Part shown: piece by piece, positions 62,046-64,000 of the stretch
How the letters are laid out: each line of letters begins with the position of its first letter
How positions within the stretch are numbered: the first letter of the stretch is position 1
Assembly: GCA_022843125.1 (NCBI GenBank)
Contig: JALHOG010000001.1
Coordinates: 6,088 to 70,087, forward strand
From: Ilumatobacteraceae bacterium
GTDB taxonomy: Bacteria > Actinomycetota > Acidimicrobiia > Acidimicrobiales > Ilumatobacteraceae
Reading direction: 5' to 3'
DNA length: 64,000 bases
Program-made: the position numbers and the translations under genes
The notes under the pieces: generated by a model
Database searches by the model: none
Told to the model about the DNA's origin: nothing
Seen by the model: the letters and a program-made list of their open reading frames with translations, nothing else

Positions 62046-64000
62046 CCGTGGGCGAACGCGACTGGCGGCTCGCCGTCGACATCGGCGGCACCTTCACCGA
62101 CCTCGTCCTGCTCGACGCGAGCACCGGCACCGTGGTGGTCGACAAGACGCTCACCACCCCCAGCGCGCCCCTCGATGGCGTGCGTCGCGGCGTCGGCCAG
62201 CTGCTCGCCAAGGCGAACGTGCGCCCGAGCGACATCACCGCGCCGATCGTCCACGCCACCACGCTGATCACCAACGCCCTGATCGAGGGCAAGACCGGGC
62301 GCGCCGGGCTCGTCACCACCGACGGTTTCGGCGACACGTTGCTCATCCGCGACGAGCACCGGTACGACATGTACGACCTCCAGATCGAGTTCCCGGCACC
62401 GCCGATCCCGCGCGACCGTACCTTCGAGATCTCGGAGCGGGTGTCCGCGCAGGGTGCCGTGGTCGAGGTGCCGGGCAGTGGAGCCCTCGACGCGCTCGTC
62501 GCCGAGCTGGCCGCAGCGAACCTCGAGTCAGTGGCGGTGTGCTTCCTGAACAGCTACGTCAACGCCGCCAACGAGCGGGTGGTCGCCGACCACATCCGCA
62601 GCGAGCTCGGCATCCCGGTGTGCATATCGGGCGAGGTGTCGCCGCAGATCCGCGAGTACCCGCGCATGATCACCACCGCCTGCAACGCGGCGACGATGCC
62701 CGTCATCGGCCCGTACCTCGACGAGCTGCAGAAGTGGCTCTCGGCCGAGGGGTTCGGCGGATCGGTCCTGATGATGCTGTCGAACGGTGGCGTGGTCTCG
62801 GCCGACGACGCCGCACGCTTCCCGATCCGTCTCGTCGAGAGTGGCCCGGCCGCCGGTGCGCTCGCCGGCTCCTGGTTCGCGAAGCGGATGGACCTGGAGC
62901 GCCTGATGTGCTTCGACATGGGTGGGACCACCGCCAAGGCGTGCCTGATCGAGCACGGGCAGCCCGAGCTCACGAACACGTTCGAGGTCGCCCGCATCTA
63001 CCGCTTCAAGAAGGGTTCGGGCTTCCCGGTGTCGGTGCCGTCGGTCGATCTCGTCGAGATCGGTGCCGGCGGCGGCAGCCTGGCCCGCGTCGACCAGTTC
63101 GGCCTGTTGAAGGTCGGGCCCGAGTCGGGCGGCGCCGATCCCGGCCCGGCCTCGTACGGTCGCGGCGGCACCGAGCCCGCCGTCACCGACGCCGACGTCC
63201 TGCTCGGCCTGCTCGACCCGGCCGGCTTCCTGGGCGGCGACATGCCGCTCGACGCCGGCCTCGCCGAGAGCGCCGCCCGCCACGTCGCCGATGCGCTCGA
63301 CCTCGACGTGATCGACACCGCCTCGGGCATCCACGAGGTCGTCAACCAGAACATGGCGGCCGCCGCCCGCATGCACGCGGTCGAGATGGGCGTCGACCTG
63401 CGCGGCATCCCGGTCATCGCGTTCGGCGGTGCCGGCCCGGTGCACGCGTGCGGCGTGGCCGAGCTGCTCGAGTCGCCACAGGTCGTGTTCCCCGTGAACG
63501 CCTCGGTGCTGTCGGCGTTCGGCACGCTCGTGTCGCCCGTTCGGATCGACCTCGCACGCTCGATGGTGCGTGACCTCGCCTCGATCGACGAGGCCGAACG
63601 TGACGCGGTGCTCGACGAGCTGCGCACCGAGGGGCGCCGCGTGCTGCTCGCAGCAGGCGTCGACGCCGACGCCGTGCGTTTCCGGTACGGCGCCGACGTG
63701 CGGTACACCGGCCAGGGCAACGAAGTGACGATCTGGGTGGGTGAGGGCGACAGCTGGCCTGCCACGTCGGACGAGCTGAGGGAGGGGTTCGAGCGCGAGT
63801 ACCGCCGGATCTACGGTCTCACGATCCCCGACGTCGGCCTGCAGGCCGTCACGTGGCGGATCTCTGCCGTGTCGGAGGCGGCCGAGTTCGAGCCGGGCGC
63901 GGTCGCAGCCGGCACCGGCGCCGTGCCGAAGGGCCGGCGGCCCGTGTGGTTCACCCGCGGCGAGCCCGCCCAGCAGGTGGACGTCTACCAGCGGTCCTCG
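62042..64000 (+). CDS. hydantoinase/oxoprolinase family protein (HyuA-like), 3'-truncated by the window end
   Basis: Absent from the ORF track because there is no stop in the window. My translation from GTG 62042 gives VTVGERDWRLAVDIGGTFTDLVLLD...TTLITNALIEGK...VAFGGAGPVHA, which is in frame at 63413. The start overlaps the cupin stop as GTGA. Confidence 0.85.
   Translation, partial: MTVGERDWRLAVDIGGTFTDLVLLDASTGTVVVDKTLTTPSAPLDGVRRGVGQLLAKANVRPSDITAPIVHATTLITNALIEGKTGRAGLVTTDGFGDTLLIRDEHRYDMYDLQIEFPAPPIPRDRTFEISERVSAQGAVVEVPGSGALDALVAELAAANLESVAVCFLNSYVNAANERVVADHIRSELGIPVCISGEVSPQIREYPRMITTACNAATMPVIGPYLDELQKWLSAEGFGGSVLMMLSNGGVVSADDAARFPIRLVESGPAAGALAGSWFAKRMDLERLMCFDMGGTTAKACLIEHGQPELTNTFEVARIYRFKKGSGFPVSVPSVDLVEIGAGGGSLARVDQFGLLKVGPESGGADPGPASYGRGGTEPAVTDADVLLGLLDPAGFLGGDMPLDAGLAESAARHVADALDLDVIDTASGIHEVVNQNMAAAARMHAVEMGVDLRGIPVIAFGGAGPVHACGVAELLESPQVVFPVNASVLSAFGTLVSPVRIDLARSMVRDLASIDEAERDAVLDELRTEGRRVLLAAGVDADAVRFRYGADVRYTGQGNEVTIWVGEGDSWPATSDELREGFEREYRRIYGLTIPDVGLQAVTWRISAVSEAAEFEPGAVAAGTGAVPKGRRPVWFTRGEPAQQVDVYQRSS

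Overview
This is a high-GC, Actinomycetota-like chromosomal window that is densely coding. All family calls were made by eye from motifs in the supplied translations. No database search was run. I recognised no rRNA, tRNA, CRISPR array, transposase or integrase. The window falls into four blocks. (1) 1-18553 is a cell-surface glycan locus. It carries GT2 and GT4 glycosyltransferases, a Wzx-type flippase, a WbpB/WbpE/WbpD-like trio for a 2,3-diacetamido sugar, a second DegT aminotransferase with an SDR epimerase/dehydratase, a CE4 deacetylase, a SAM methyltransferase, four left-handed beta-helix (LbH) acetyltransferases, a membrane acyltransferase-3 and an unknown lipoprotein. (2) 18835-44502 is an orphan hybrid NRPS-PKS cluster. 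It starts with a loading protein built as formyltransferase, half condensation domain, glycine-type adenylation domain split by a luciferase-like monooxygenase (LLM), then PCP. Next come a type I PKS ordered KS-AT-KR-DH-CP-TE and ugd plus a UDP-xylose synthase. On the other strand lies a C-A-PCP-C-A-PCP-TE NRPS whose TE nucleophile is Cys, followed by a Cys/Met-family PLP enzyme and a membrane protein. A Tat-secreted protein, a P450 and an Sfp-type PPTase complete the block. (3) 44553-50400 holds a LysR regulator, a PAS-GAF-PP2C sensor phosphatase, an MFS exporter and a GlsB/YeaQ stress protein. (4) 50546-64000 is mixed metabolism: SRPBCC, IolG/IolE-like pair, ACC deaminase, SDR, DUF503, cold-shock protein, ppc, glgC, and a VOC / FadR-GntR / cupin / hydantoinase operon. 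The most notable signals are the architecture of the NRPS-PKS cluster and its physical fusion to the glycan locus, which suggests a glyco-lipopeptide. Others are a 729-bp perfect direct repeat inside the NRPS with foreign-looking codon usage, a Cys thioesterase, and a 31-bp perfect inverted repeat that contains the stop codons of two convergent genes.
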